Source: Leptonemataceae bacterium
GTDB taxonomy: Bacteria > Spirochaetota > Leptospiria > Leptospirales > Leptonemataceae
Reading direction: 5' to 3'
DNA: 64,000 nucleotides
NCBI GenBank assembly: GCA_965227295.1
Contig: OZ245742.1
Coordinates: 1,344,001-1,408,000, forward strand
Part shown: positions 28,938 to 37,478 of the stretch, piece after piece
Position numbering within the stretch: the first letter of the stretch is position 1
Layout of the letters: every line of letters starts with the position of its first letter
Notes under the pieces: generated by a model
What the model was told of the DNA's origin: nothing
Databases searched by the model: none
The model's input: the letters and a program-made list of their open reading frames with translations, nothing else
Program-made: the position numbers and the translations under genes

Positions 28938-29720
28938 ATGGTGTCTATGATTCGCGAAGACTTCGATCCGTCCACCGGCGTGCTGGAAATCACGCTGGAT
29001 ATGAACACGATGAACACGTTCAGCCTGGATGCCTACCGCGCGTTCTCCGAATGCCTCGATGCCTGGGCACAGAACGATGGGTTGCGTGTCATGATTCTGG
29101 CCAGCGCGTCGGAAAGCTTTTTCTCGAACGGCCTCGACCCCGCGATGTTTGTCGATCAGCCGGAGCCCCACGTACGCGCTTTCGTCGAGGCCGCCGTGGG
29201 TACGAACGCGCGTTTGTTCGAGTTCCCTGTGCCGATTCTCGCGGCGATCAACGGTCATTGCATGGCCGCGGGCGCGGTTTCGGCGATGTGTTGCGACTGG
29301 CGCTTCATGGCGGAGCGGGGTGGGCGCATCGGTTTTCCGGAGGCAAACATCGCGTTGAACTTTCCGGTATTTGCCACGGCGCGCTTGCGTGAATTGGTCG
29401 GGGAGCGCATGTGCCGCGATCTTTTGTTTACCGGCAAGTTGCTGAAACCCGAAGAAGCTCTGCAATGCGGTTTGATTGATGAGGTGATTCCCGCGGACAG
29501 CCTGCGCGCCGAAGTGCGCAAGCGCGCGTTGAAACTGGCGAAGCTGCGGCCGAATTCACTACGTGGATTCAAGATCGCCCTGCGCAAAGAGGACTATCAA
29601 TTCGGCCGGGACGTCGCGCAATTCGACATCGATGAACTGGTGCGCGTATCGATGACCCCGGACGGCCAGGCGGGATTACGGTCGTTGATCGAAGGCGGGC
29701 GGCCGCGTTTCGATCAGTGA
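28938..29720 (+). CDS. enoyl-CoA hydratase/isomerase
   Basis: 'FSNGLD', 'AAINGHCMAAG', 'GFPEA', 'GLIDEV'. Confidence 0.92.
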   Translation: MVSMIREDFDPSTGVLEITLDMNTMNTFSLDAYRAFSECLDAWAQNDGLRVMILASASESFFSNGLDPAMFVDQPEPHVRAFVEAAVGTNARLFEFPVPILAAINGHCMAAGAVSAMCCDWRFMAERGGRIGFPEANIALNFPVFATARLRELVGERMCRDLLFTGKLLKPEEALQCGLIDEVIPADSLRAEVRKRALKLAKLRPNSLRGFKIALRKEDYQFGRDVAQFDIDELVRVSMTPDGQAGLRSLIEGGRPRFDQ

Positions 29721-29775
29721 CGGGCTGTGGGTCTCTTTGCCACAGAGGCACGGAGGACACAGAGCGCACTACAAT

Positions 29776-30903
29776 TCACAGCGCGCCGATTCGATTTACG
29801 AGGTCTTCGCAGAACTTCTGCTGTTCCGCGTCGGACCAGAAGTTCCGGTAGCGATCCTGGCCGGCGCGGGCCAGATGGACGCGCAGTTCGTCGTCGTTCA
29901 TTAACGTTTCGTACGATGAAACTAAGTCCGAAAGATCCCACCGCAGCGGCCAGTAGGTTTCGTGCGCCGTGTACATGTCCGGCACGGTTTCCAGGTGCGA
30001 CATGTCCGGCATGAGCAACGCGGCGCCGGCCGACCAGGTTTCGTAGTCGCGATAGCAGACTTCCCCCCAGCCGTACAAACTTAACACAATCTTCGCTCTA
30101 CCGAGCAGCTCCGTAAACTTGTGGCGCGGAACACGTTGTTTTTGCGCGAAGATCGCCGCGGCCGCCGGCGCGTCGCTCCGGCGATACTCTTCGAGAATGG
30201 CCAGAGCGCGGCGGCGCTGGTAGGCCACCGTATCGCGCTCGTACTGCGCGCGAAAGAGTGCGATCAGCCCGTGCTCGCGGTACCGGCCGGGATCGATCCA
30301 GGGAATGCGCGGATGGCGGCGCAGACCGGCGCGGTCGAGAGCAATGTCGAGCAGCCGTCGCGGAAGCGGCCGCGCGTGAAAATCCGTTACGCCCAGGTTC
30401 CAGGACAGGCCGAGCTTGTGTTCGTGTTCTTTCGTAAGCAACGCCACGTCTTCGTTGTAGCTGTCGCTTATGCCGTTTTCGCGATGATAGTAATCCGTGT
30501 AGAGACGATTGCCGTATAGATGCCGGTAGTAGTGCGAGCGGTCCTTGTAGATCTGTTTCTTCCAGTAGGCGTCGACGTAAGGCAACACCTCGAACTGCGA
30601 GTTGCCCGCGCTGTCGCGCATATCGAACCACACGATCTTTGCGTTTGTATGGTGCAGATGTTCCAGCGTTCGCAACACTCTGCGTCTTTCATCGGCGTCG
30701 TTGCCTTTGACGTAGAATGCGCGGGAGGAGAGAAACATCAGATCGCACTCGCCGGCGAGCTTTGTTAAATCTTGTTGAACCGAGTCAAAGTGAATTACGA
30801 CGCCGAGTCCGTGCAGGCGCCGCCGATTCAGATACAGCGGCATCCAGTATTCGCCGGCGAGCGGTACGCGTCCGTGATGGTCCACGATGATGATGCGCAT
30901 CAT
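29776..30903 (-). CDS. glycosyltransferase-like protein
   Basis: 'KIVLSLYGWGEVCYRDYE...GAALLMPDM', 'LARAGQ'. Confidence 0.7.
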   Translation of the reverse strand: MMRIIIVDHHGRVPLAGEYWMPLYLNRRRLHGLGVVIHFDSVQQDLTKLAGECDLMFLSSRAFYVKGNDADERRRVLRTLEHLHHTNAKIVWFDMRDSAGNSQFEVLPYVDAYWKKQIYKDRSHYYRHLYGNRLYTDYYHRENGISDSYNEDVALLTKEHEHKLGLSWNLGVTDFHARPLPRRLLDIALDRAGLRRHPRIPWIDPGRYREHGLIALFRAQYERDTVAYQRRRALAILEEYRRSDAPAAAAIFAQKQRVPRHKFTELLGRAKIVLSLYGWGEVCYRDYETWSAGAALLMPDMSHLETVPDMYTAHETYWPLRWDLSDLVSSYETLMNDDELRVHLARAGQDRYRNFWSDAEQQKFCEDLVNRIGAL

Positions 30904-32180
30904 AGTATCTCCGTCGGATCACCGATTTCCAGTACGTAGAGCCGTCGTCGTCCGCTGTGGGCCGAGTCGATGCAAATACGCCGCCCCCGCGGACTCAACC
31001 GCGGATGCAGGTCGCACTTTACGTCGTCCCGAAATCGCCGGGAAGAATCGAAGGTGCCCAGCGTGCGCGCGGTATTGGTGGCGGTATCGTATAATAGAAG
31101 ATTCTGATGACTGGCCAGGTCCGGATAGGTGTCGGTGAGTATGTAACGGGAGCCGGGAAAGTACGTGGGGTGGCCGTCGTGGGGCAGGACGTCCCGGCCG
31201 ACGACGCTGTAATCGCCGCTGCGCAGATTGTAGAGGTGGTAGCGCGGTGTGGAATCGTCGCCGTCGGTGTGTCGGGAGTAACAGAGCAATTCGTCCGCGT
31301 TTTTCCAGGCATAGTGTGCTACGCCGCCGTGCTGGATCGGGATGCGCACATCGCCGCCGTCGAGGTCGCAGACGAAGAGCCGCGTCTTGCGTTTGCTGCC
31401 GCGGACCCAAATGTGAAAGAACAGTAGCGTTTTGCTGTAAGGATTTACGGATATGTGATTAAGATAATGCTCGGCGCCGTCCATGTCCGGCAGCGGTTGA
31501 ATGCCGGTTAGATCGTGTAGACTGAACAGCAGCCTGGTTGCGCCGGTGTCCAGGTCCAGGCGCAGCAGTCCGTCGTCGGCGGGGGCGAGGTAACCTGCGG
31601 ATGTGTCCGGCTGATTGACGTAGCCGTAGCCGGGACGCAGGCGGCCGAGGCGCGCGAAGTTCAGGGTGAATGCGTAGCGCCCCGCGTGGTCCAGGGCATA
31701 GACCGGATGATTGTAACGACACAGTTCCGTTCCATCGCGCACGTCGATCACTCTGGAGACGTAGCGACGATTCTCGGCGTCGTAGTCGTTGAAGATGGCC
31801 TGGTAGTTTCGACCGTATTCCCGGGGAGGGAACCATTGGTAACGGCAACTCTGCTGCCAGCACCAGGCCTTTGTTTCGGCTACGACTTTTAGTTGCGGAT
31901 GATCCTCAGTTAAGGAGACTGTTCCGAGCTGCAGCAGATCTTCCGGCCCTGTGGGGCGATTTTCCGGCGGCGCCGCCGCGGCCAGGAGCAGTGTTTCATC
32001 GTAATTGAACGGGGTGACGTCGTAATAACCGAAGAAGACCTGGCGGCCCGGTGCGGAGAATTCCCGCAGCGGCAGGTAGCTGTGATAACTTCGCAGGCCG
32101 TGGCGTAGATAACGCAGGCGACGCAGCATCCAGGTCAGCGTGCGAAAGACGATGGTGGCGATCGTATCGCGGAGGGACAC
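30900..32180 (-). CDS. TolB/oligogalacturonate-lyase-like beta-propeller (polysaccharide-locus type)
   Basis: 'FFGYYD.TP', 'W.WQQ', 'LNFARL..LRPGYGY', 'DGHP', 'TDTYPD', 'CDLHPR'. Confidence 0.7.
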   Translation of the reverse strand: MSLRDTIATIVFRTLTWMLRRLRYLRHGLRSYHSYLPLREFSAPGRQVFFGYYDVTPFNYDETLLLAAAAPPENRPTGPEDLLQLGTVSLTEDHPQLKVVAETKAWCWQQSCRYQWFPPREYGRNYQAIFNDYDAENRRYVSRVIDVRDGTELCRYNHPVYALDHAGRYAFTLNFARLGRLRPGYGYVNQPDTSAGYLAPADDGLLRLDLDTGATRLLFSLHDLTGIQPLPDMDGAEHYLNHISVNPYSKTLLFFHIWVRGSKRKTRLFVCDLDGGDVRIPIQHGGVAHYAWKNADELLCYSRHTDGDDSTPRYHLYNLRSGDYSVVGRDVLPHDGHPTYFPGSRYILTDTYPDLASHQNLLLYDTATNTARTLGTFDSSRRFRDDVKCDLHPRLSPRGRRICIDSAHSGRRRLYVLEIGDPTEIL

Positions 32181-32262
32181 GCCGAACCTTCACCCGCGTG
32201 CGCCCGGCGGGTCAAGCGCGATTGTCGCCGCGCGCGAAACATCATCATACGCGTCATGCACA

Positions 32263-34560
32263 TCAAAACTCCAGGTACATCTGCGCGCCGGGCTTGCGCG
32301 CGAAGTACTCCGGCGGTGCGAAGTGTTCCCAGACCTCGCGATAAACTTCCCACAACAATCGCCGGTAGTACTCGACGTCGTAGCGAGGCTCGCCGCGCTG
32401 TAGATCCAGGGCTTCTTCGGAAACGTAACGCCGGGCCGGATCGCGGTGGCGATGGTTCACGGCCAGGTAGCGAATCTTATCGCCGGGCTGCAGTTCCACG
32501 CCGGTGCTCGCACGGATTTGACTCAGGGCGGTGACCGTGGCACTGGAACGCGCGGCGTAGTCCTCGAGCGGCCGCGTGACTTTGCGGCGGATCATCAGAT
32601 CGCGGGCAGGCACGGTGCGCGCGGCGAGTTCGGCTTCGAACTTCTCGAAGCGCGCGCGGATTTTCGGATGGGCCGCGCGCAGATCTTCGACGTCGGTGTA
32701 TGCGCTCATGTCGTCCAGTAATTGCAACTGAACGTTTCTTAAGAAATCCGGTGTGTCCTTGCGCCGGGCCGCTACGCCGCGGATTTTGATTTCGCCGTCA
32801 TCGAAGCGGCCGAAGTAGCGATTGATGACTCCCAGCTCCGGATCGCTCTTCGACGGCAGAAAGACCACCCAGGAGTACACGCCCTCGATGGCCATGTCGA
32901 TGCGCGTCGAGGACTTAATGTCCAGGCAGAGCAAGTTTAGATCCTCGCGGTCGATGGGCGTCTCGTCCGGATGATGAATGAAGATCGAGTCGGTGATGCC
33001 GTGGGCCAGGCGGTAACCTCGTTCCTCGGCGCGCTCTTTGGCAGTAAGCAGTTTTTCGCGACCCCAGGCGGTGACGCTCTCATGACTTTCGATGCGGCCG
33101 AACTTTGCGTTGCGATAACCCAGGTAACCGAACGACGTCACGAGCATCCATTTAATGGAGCGTTGCATGGCGTCGTAGACTTCCCGGAGCGGGCCCTCGG
33201 TTTCGTTCTTGCGTTGTTTGTAGTACGCGCGCCGGGTCAGAATGCGTTCGAGGGCCTCGGACACCACGCCCCGGCGTTTCGTGCACACACGGTAGCCGGC
33301 TTCCGGCACGCGGTCCACGTGATGGTCGTCGTTGGTGCAACAGGAGCAGTTTACGGTTTCCGGGGAAATGTTGTGAATGGTCATGATGCTCGGATACATC
33401 TGGCTGAAGTCGAGCTGGGCCGTGTTTTCGCGCACGCAGCTCTCGCGTACGTCCGGTACGAACTGTATGCCGCCCTTGTCCACGGAGAGCAGCTCGTAAG
33501 CGTTCTTCGGTTCTTCGATCGCGCTCTTTTGCCAGGGCACCAGGTAGCCCGAGTCCAACGCTACTTTTGTTTCAATGGAAGTTAGCGCGGCGCCGGTGGA
33601 GGACCGGGACATGCGCTGCACCGGAATACAGGACAATCGTGCGAGTTCGATGACGCCGATCAGCTCGGCTTCTTTGTAAACGAAGGAGTTGGCCGAGTCC
33701 ACGTGCAGACGGCCGAAGAGCGGATACGCCGGCGCGACGTAAATCCACGATCCGTAGGTGTTAAAGCTGTGGCCTTTGCGGAGAATCTTGCGCGCGGTGA
33801 ACGGCGCGTCGCGATCGAGTTTCAAAGGCAGTTTACGGCGCTGGGCGGTTTCGAAGAGGTACGGAAAGATCGTCTGGTCGCCGTACGAAGAGAGGACAAT
33901 GTCCGGATCGTGCTCGTCGAAGGCGGCGTTGAGTTCCAGGATGAGCGCACGCGGGTCTTTGCCGGGAAGTTCGCGGCGTTCGCCGTTCCCTTCGACAATG
34001 AGTGTGTTCTCCGTAAACGGCAGCCGGTGGCTGCGGGCGAGTCGCATCGTTAAAATGCGCAGCGGCGGCAGTTCGTACTCCAGGTCGTCGGCAGTGTTGA
34101 TCTTTTCGATGTGTGCGATGCGATCGATCTTCGCCGCGGCGGCGAGCTCGCGTTCGGTTTCGAGACGCACCCGCGCGAAAGGATGAACGTTCTTTGCGTA
34201 CATGTAGGCCGTGGGAACTTCGATGTCGGAATGGTAGACATCCAGGCGGCCGTAAAACGCATAGAGTCGTCGGCGAACGCGGCGTAGTACCGACGGCCGG
34301 GCGATCTTAATTTCCAGTACGCGTTGCGGTTCGTTCTTATAAAAATGCGTGCGCAGTACGTAGCGTGGTTCCGCGGCCAGAGCGTTCATGGCCTGGAGGC
34401 GGTCGACGAAGTTACGCAACGTCGTCTCCGGCCCGGCCGCATAGATCGACGGATGAAAGCGATCCCGCACCAGATGCGCCCGGCCGGTGTCGTCGAGGAT
34501 CCAGACATAGATGTCGTCCTCGAAATGGTAGATATCCAGTATAAATCCCTGGAGAATCAT
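32263..34560 (-). CDS. polB: B-family DNA polymerase, PolB2 (archaeal Dpo2-like) group
   Basis: motif A 'LDFSQMYPSIM', motif B 'KWMLVTSFGYLG', motif C 'HGITDS', 'NRYFG', 'KIRG..ARRKD'; Exo motifs eroded. Confidence 0.92.
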   Translation of the reverse strand: MILQGFILDIYHFEDDIYVWILDDTGRAHLVRDRFHPSIYAAGPETTLRNFVDRLQAMNALAAEPRYVLRTHFYKNEPQRVLEIKIARPSVLRRVRRRLYAFYGRLDVYHSDIEVPTAYMYAKNVHPFARVRLETERELAAAAKIDRIAHIEKINTADDLEYELPPLRILTMRLARSHRLPFTENTLIVEGNGERRELPGKDPRALILELNAAFDEHDPDIVLSSYGDQTIFPYLFETAQRRKLPLKLDRDAPFTARKILRKGHSFNTYGSWIYVAPAYPLFGRLHVDSANSFVYKEAELIGVIELARLSCIPVQRMSRSSTGAALTSIETKVALDSGYLVPWQKSAIEEPKNAYELLSVDKGGIQFVPDVRESCVRENTAQLDFSQMYPSIMTIHNISPETVNCSCCTNDDHHVDRVPEAGYRVCTKRRGVVSEALERILTRRAYYKQRKNETEGPLREVYDAMQRSIKWMLVTSFGYLGYRNAKFGRIESHESVTAWGREKLLTAKERAEERGYRLAHGITDSIFIHHPDETPIDREDLNLLCLDIKSSTRIDMAIEGVYSWVVFLPSKSDPELGVINRYFGRFDDGEIKIRGVAARRKDTPDFLRNVQLQLLDDMSAYTDVEDLRAAHPKIRARFEKFEAELAARTVPARDLMIRRKVTRPLEDYAARSSATVTALSQIRASTGVELQPGDKIRYLAVNHRHRDPARRYVSEEALDLQRGEPRYDVEYYRRLLWEVYREVWEHFAPPEYFARKPGAQMYLEF

Positions 34561-34591
34561 GTTATCTATCGTGTGCGACCCGAATCCTGGT

Positions 34592-34824
34592 GTAAGTTGC
34601 GGCCAATGTGGATTAAGGATTTTTTGGGTACGGCACCTGGAGAGTTGTGGATTGTTATGGGGTGGCGAGTGGTTGCTTCGACCCGGAACGAACTGGAGTC
34701 ACTGCTCCCGAAGCTGAGTTGCTAATCCGCGTCCGGGCCGAAGTCGACAGTCTTAACAAAACGACTCACCGCAACTCTTCAGGTGCCGTAGCCGTAAAGT
34801 CCCCTTGATAATCCCTCAACTTAC
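34592..34824 (+). ncRNA. putative ~230-nt rod-like structured RNA (or ssDNA foldback)
   Basis: 22-bp stem 34629-34650/34769-34790 with two G-U pairs plus nested outer and inner helices. Confidence 0.55.
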
Positions 34825-34867
34825 CTTATGAATCTCACGACAAACGCCGCGAATCCCGCGCCGCGAA

Positions 34868-35329
34868 TTACAACGCCATCGATCGAACCGCGGAAAATTC
34901 TTTCGCGAGTGCCTGTAGTTGTTCGCGTAACTCCAGGACCTCCCGCGACGTTGTATCGAGGCGTTCTTCGTGACCCAGGACCCGCTCGGCGATTTCTTCG
35001 ACCAGGCCGTGTTGTTCTTCGCGTTCGTCCGCGTGGTCTTCGAGTTGCTCGAACAGGTCCTGCCGTTCCTCGGATTCGTCCTCGCAGGCGGACAGACGTT
35101 CTTCGTGAGCACCGAGGCGACGCTCGTGTTCAATCAACGCCGCCAGAGCGACGGAGTCGAAAGGATTCGGACTCGCCGCGAGGACGCCGGACTGTAACTG
35201 CAACTTAGCAGATCTTAAGATCGCGTCGAGGGCGTCCTGATCGTCTTTGCGCAACCCGCGCCGAAATTTTTGTAAGCGTGCTTCAATCGCTTCAATCTGC
35301 ATGGAATAAGGAGCCAGCGTTCTGCCCAT
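34868..35329 (-). CDS. PolB2 partner protein (PPB2/arCOG07300-like) with coiled-coil extension
   Basis: 'MGRT..PYS...E...L.KFRRGLRK.DQ.ALD', 'P.PF...L.ALIE'. Confidence 0.8.
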   Translation of the reverse strand: MGRTLAPYSMQIEAIEARLQKFRRGLRKDDQDALDAILRSAKLQLQSGVLAASPNPFDSVALAALIEHERRLGAHEERLSACEDESEERQDLFEQLEDHADEREEQHGLVEEIAERVLGHEERLDTTSREVLELREQLQALAKEFSAVRSMAL

Positions 35330-35960
35330 GGGTTTCTCCGATGTAATTGTGATAGTGTGTGTATTGATCGTTGCCGGTGAAGTCGCTGAGACTACGGCGC
35401 ACCGCGGCGAGTTTGTGCAACTCCGGCCGCAATCGTAAAAAGACCGGGTGGTCGTACTCGCGTTCGACGATGACGAGGGGAGTACGTCGGCGTTTGCCGA
35501 TCCAGCGAAACAGATCGAAGAGGCGCTGCAAAAGATACTCGCCTTCGTCTTCGGCCACGTCGCCGTCGAAGAACTGTTTGCACGGCGAAAGAAAAAACCG
35601 CACGCTGCCCTCTTCGTCCTGTGTTTGTCCGCGAGCGATGTTTTGCGCCGTGTCCAGGAGTTGGTACGGTGTAAACGCGCGCTGCACGGTAATGGAATGC
35701 AGCACCGGTTCTGGCGGCACGCCCCGCCGCAGGCATTCGTCGGCCAGGCGAAAGACATTGAAACGATTCGCGCCGTCGACGTTGTGAATCCGACGCCCGG
35801 CGAGGCTTAAAAGCATTTGCCAGTCCAGCGCGAGAGCGAAGGCCGTGGACGACGTGCCGGTGAGCAATCGCGTGCCCGGGCGATGACCGAAAAAGGCCCG
35901 CATGGACACGGCGGCAAAGTCGTGCGCTTCTTCCGGGCTGTGCGGGGCAACGGCGTGCAT
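35292..35960 (-). CDS. inactivated RadA/RecA-like protein (iRadA/ImuA-like)
   Basis: 'VDGANRFNVF', 'VQRAFTPYQL'; Walker A degenerate ('LLTGTSST'). Confidence 0.8.
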   Translation of the reverse strand: MHAVAPHSPEEAHDFAAVSMRAFFGHRPGTRLLTGTSSTAFALALDWQMLLSLAGRRIHNVDGANRFNVFRLADECLRRGVPPEPVLHSITVQRAFTPYQLLDTAQNIARGQTQDEEGSVRFFLSPCKQFFDGDVAEDEGEYLLQRLFDLFRWIGKRRRTPLVIVEREYDHPVFLRLRPELHKLAAVRRSLSDFTGNDQYTHYHNYIGETHGQNAGSLFHAD

Positions 35961-35996
35961 GTCCGCATTGTCGCCGCAAATATATACGCATGTAAA

Positions 35997-36013
35997 GCTA
36001 ACAAATGTTTTGC
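35997..36013. promoter_or_regulatory. candidate LexA-type operator next to sigma70 promoter of the PolB2 cassette
   Basis: GCTAAC-AAAT-GTTTTGC (AAC-N4-GTT core) directly upstream of TTTACA-N18-GACAAT on minus strand. Confidence 0.4.
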
Positions 36014-36184
36014 ATCTCCGGATCGGCGGACTTTTTGCGCGGGAGCTGTGGAGTGTTACCGGAATTTCCGGCGCCGTGTAAATTTATGCAGGCCGGTTCG
36101 TCGGCGATGAATGCATCGCGACCGAATCGGTAACATACTTATGCGTCGGCGTTGCGCCCTGTAACATTCTGAATCGGCCGCCGG

Positions 36185-36622
36185 CTAAGTCTGAAGTCGC
36201 TCCCCATGCACTGAAGGACCGTCGCCGCTTTCCAGGGCCTGACGCACAATCTCGTTCACGTAAACGTTTGCGCAGCCGCTCATCACATCCTGCACGATGC
36301 GCAAACCGTAGCCGGCGTGTTCGGTGTGACTCGCCTGATGCAGAATGACCGGAAAGGACTTCTGTAAAAAGGAGCCGTCCATGGCTTCGTCTTCGCTCTC
36401 CCAGGAGTGCGCGTCGTACAGGCCGCGGTCGGGCGACCAGGCCGTGGTCCCCAGCGCCGAAGAAGAAAACCACATGCGCGCCAGCCGGCCGGACGAGTCC
36501 AACGATAACACCAGCCCCCGGCGCACGAAATCCTCGCGCAGAAACTCTTCAAAGTAGACGTCCGTGTAGACGTGGCCGTCCTCGAGGTTCTCTTCGGTCT
36601 CTTTGCGCGTCAGGGTCATCAT
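36185..36622 (-). CDS. hypothetical protein
   Basis: 145-aa ORF, ATGA overlap with hydrolase stop. Confidence 0.6.
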   Translation of the reverse strand: MMTLTRKETEENLEDGHVYTDVYFEEFLREDFVRRGLVLSLDSSGRLARMWFSSSALGTTAWSPDRGLYDAHSWESEDEAMDGSFLQKSFPVILHQASHTEHAGYGLRIVQDVMSGCANVYVNEIVRQALESGDGPSVHGERLQT

Positions 36623-37425
36623 GATCGCTTCTCGATGAAGTCGGCGATTTCGTTCCAGTCCGCCGGGCGCAGGAAGTCGCCGACGTCGTTGTGGCCGGCT
36701 CCTCTAAGTTCCATGAATCGCGAGTTTGGAAACTCCTCGTGCAACCGGCGACCCATGTCGATGGGAATCGTCCGATCCGCGTTGCCGTGGATGATCAGCA
36801 CCGGTTGTTGAATGCCGTCCGCCTTCCAGTGCGTGTAAAAACCGTCGCTGATTACGAGGTACGGCAGAATCGGTACGTAGTGCTCCGAGGCGACGGCGGG
36901 GATGGAAGTATAGGGGCTGATCAACACCAGGTTCGCGGCGTAACCGCGTCCGGCCATCTCCACCGCAACGCCCGTGCCCAGGGAACGTCCCCAGAGCGTG
37001 GTGCGATCGACGGTGAAGCCGAGTTCCTCGGAGGCGTAGCGCAGGGCGATCTCAACATCGGCGTAGATTGCGTTCTCTGAAGGTTTGTACTCGTTCGCCA
37101 CGCCGTAGCCGGGGTACTCCACCAGCAGAATGCTGAAGTTACGTGCGGCGAGTTCGCGGGCGAAGGCCGCGTCCGCGGCCATGGGCGCTCCGTTGCCGTG
37201 AAGAAAGACGACCAGGCGCGGACCGCGACGGGCGAAGAAGGCATACACGGTACGATCGTGTCCGTCACGCCGGATCTGAAGCAATTCGCCGCCGTTAACA
37301 GCGGGTTTGATGGTGGACGGGCTCGCGGGAAAAATGAGCGGTTTGGTTAAGACGCAGCCGCCCAGGCGCAGGACGATGATGACGACCACGAGAATGAGAA
37401 CACGGCGGACGTTGGAATTCGACAT
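36619..37425 (-). CDS. alpha/beta hydrolase (ABHD17/Bem46-like)
   Basis: 'HGNG', 'EYPGYG', 'GRSLG', 'HG..D..IP', 'GHND'. Confidence 0.92.
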   Translation of the reverse strand: MSNSNVRRVLILVVVIIVLRLGGCVLTKPLIFPASPSTIKPAVNGGELLQIRRDGHDRTVYAFFARRGPRLVVFLHGNGAPMAADAAFARELAARNFSILLVEYPGYGVANEYKPSENAIYADVEIALRYASEELGFTVDRTTLWGRSLGTGVAVEMAGRGYAANLVLISPYTSIPAVASEHYVPILPYLVISDGFYTHWKADGIQQPVLIIHGNADRTIPIDMGRRLHEEFPNSRFMELRGAGHNDVGDFLRPADWNEIADFIEKRS

Positions 37426-37478
37426 GTGCCGGAAAAAAGACTCGCTGGCGTGAAAAAAGCAACGCAAATTTAGTTCAT

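Noticed and set aside
32263-34560. polB as a casposon, pipolin or prophage polymerase
   Set aside because: Motifs are PolB2-type; no Cas1, integrase, terminal repeats or phage genes nearby
34606-34725. 39-aa + strand ORF (MWIKDFLG...) inside the foldback as a type I toxin; also ORF 34324-34725
   Set aside because: No convincing SD or TM helix; the longer ORF is antisense to polB. Not fully excluded
36093-36131. Hairpin CCGGTTCG-TC-GGCGATG...CATCGC-GAC-CGAATCGG upstream of the PolB2 promoter
   Set aside because: Single stem-loop after the 36185 stop; most simply a terminator or stability hairpin
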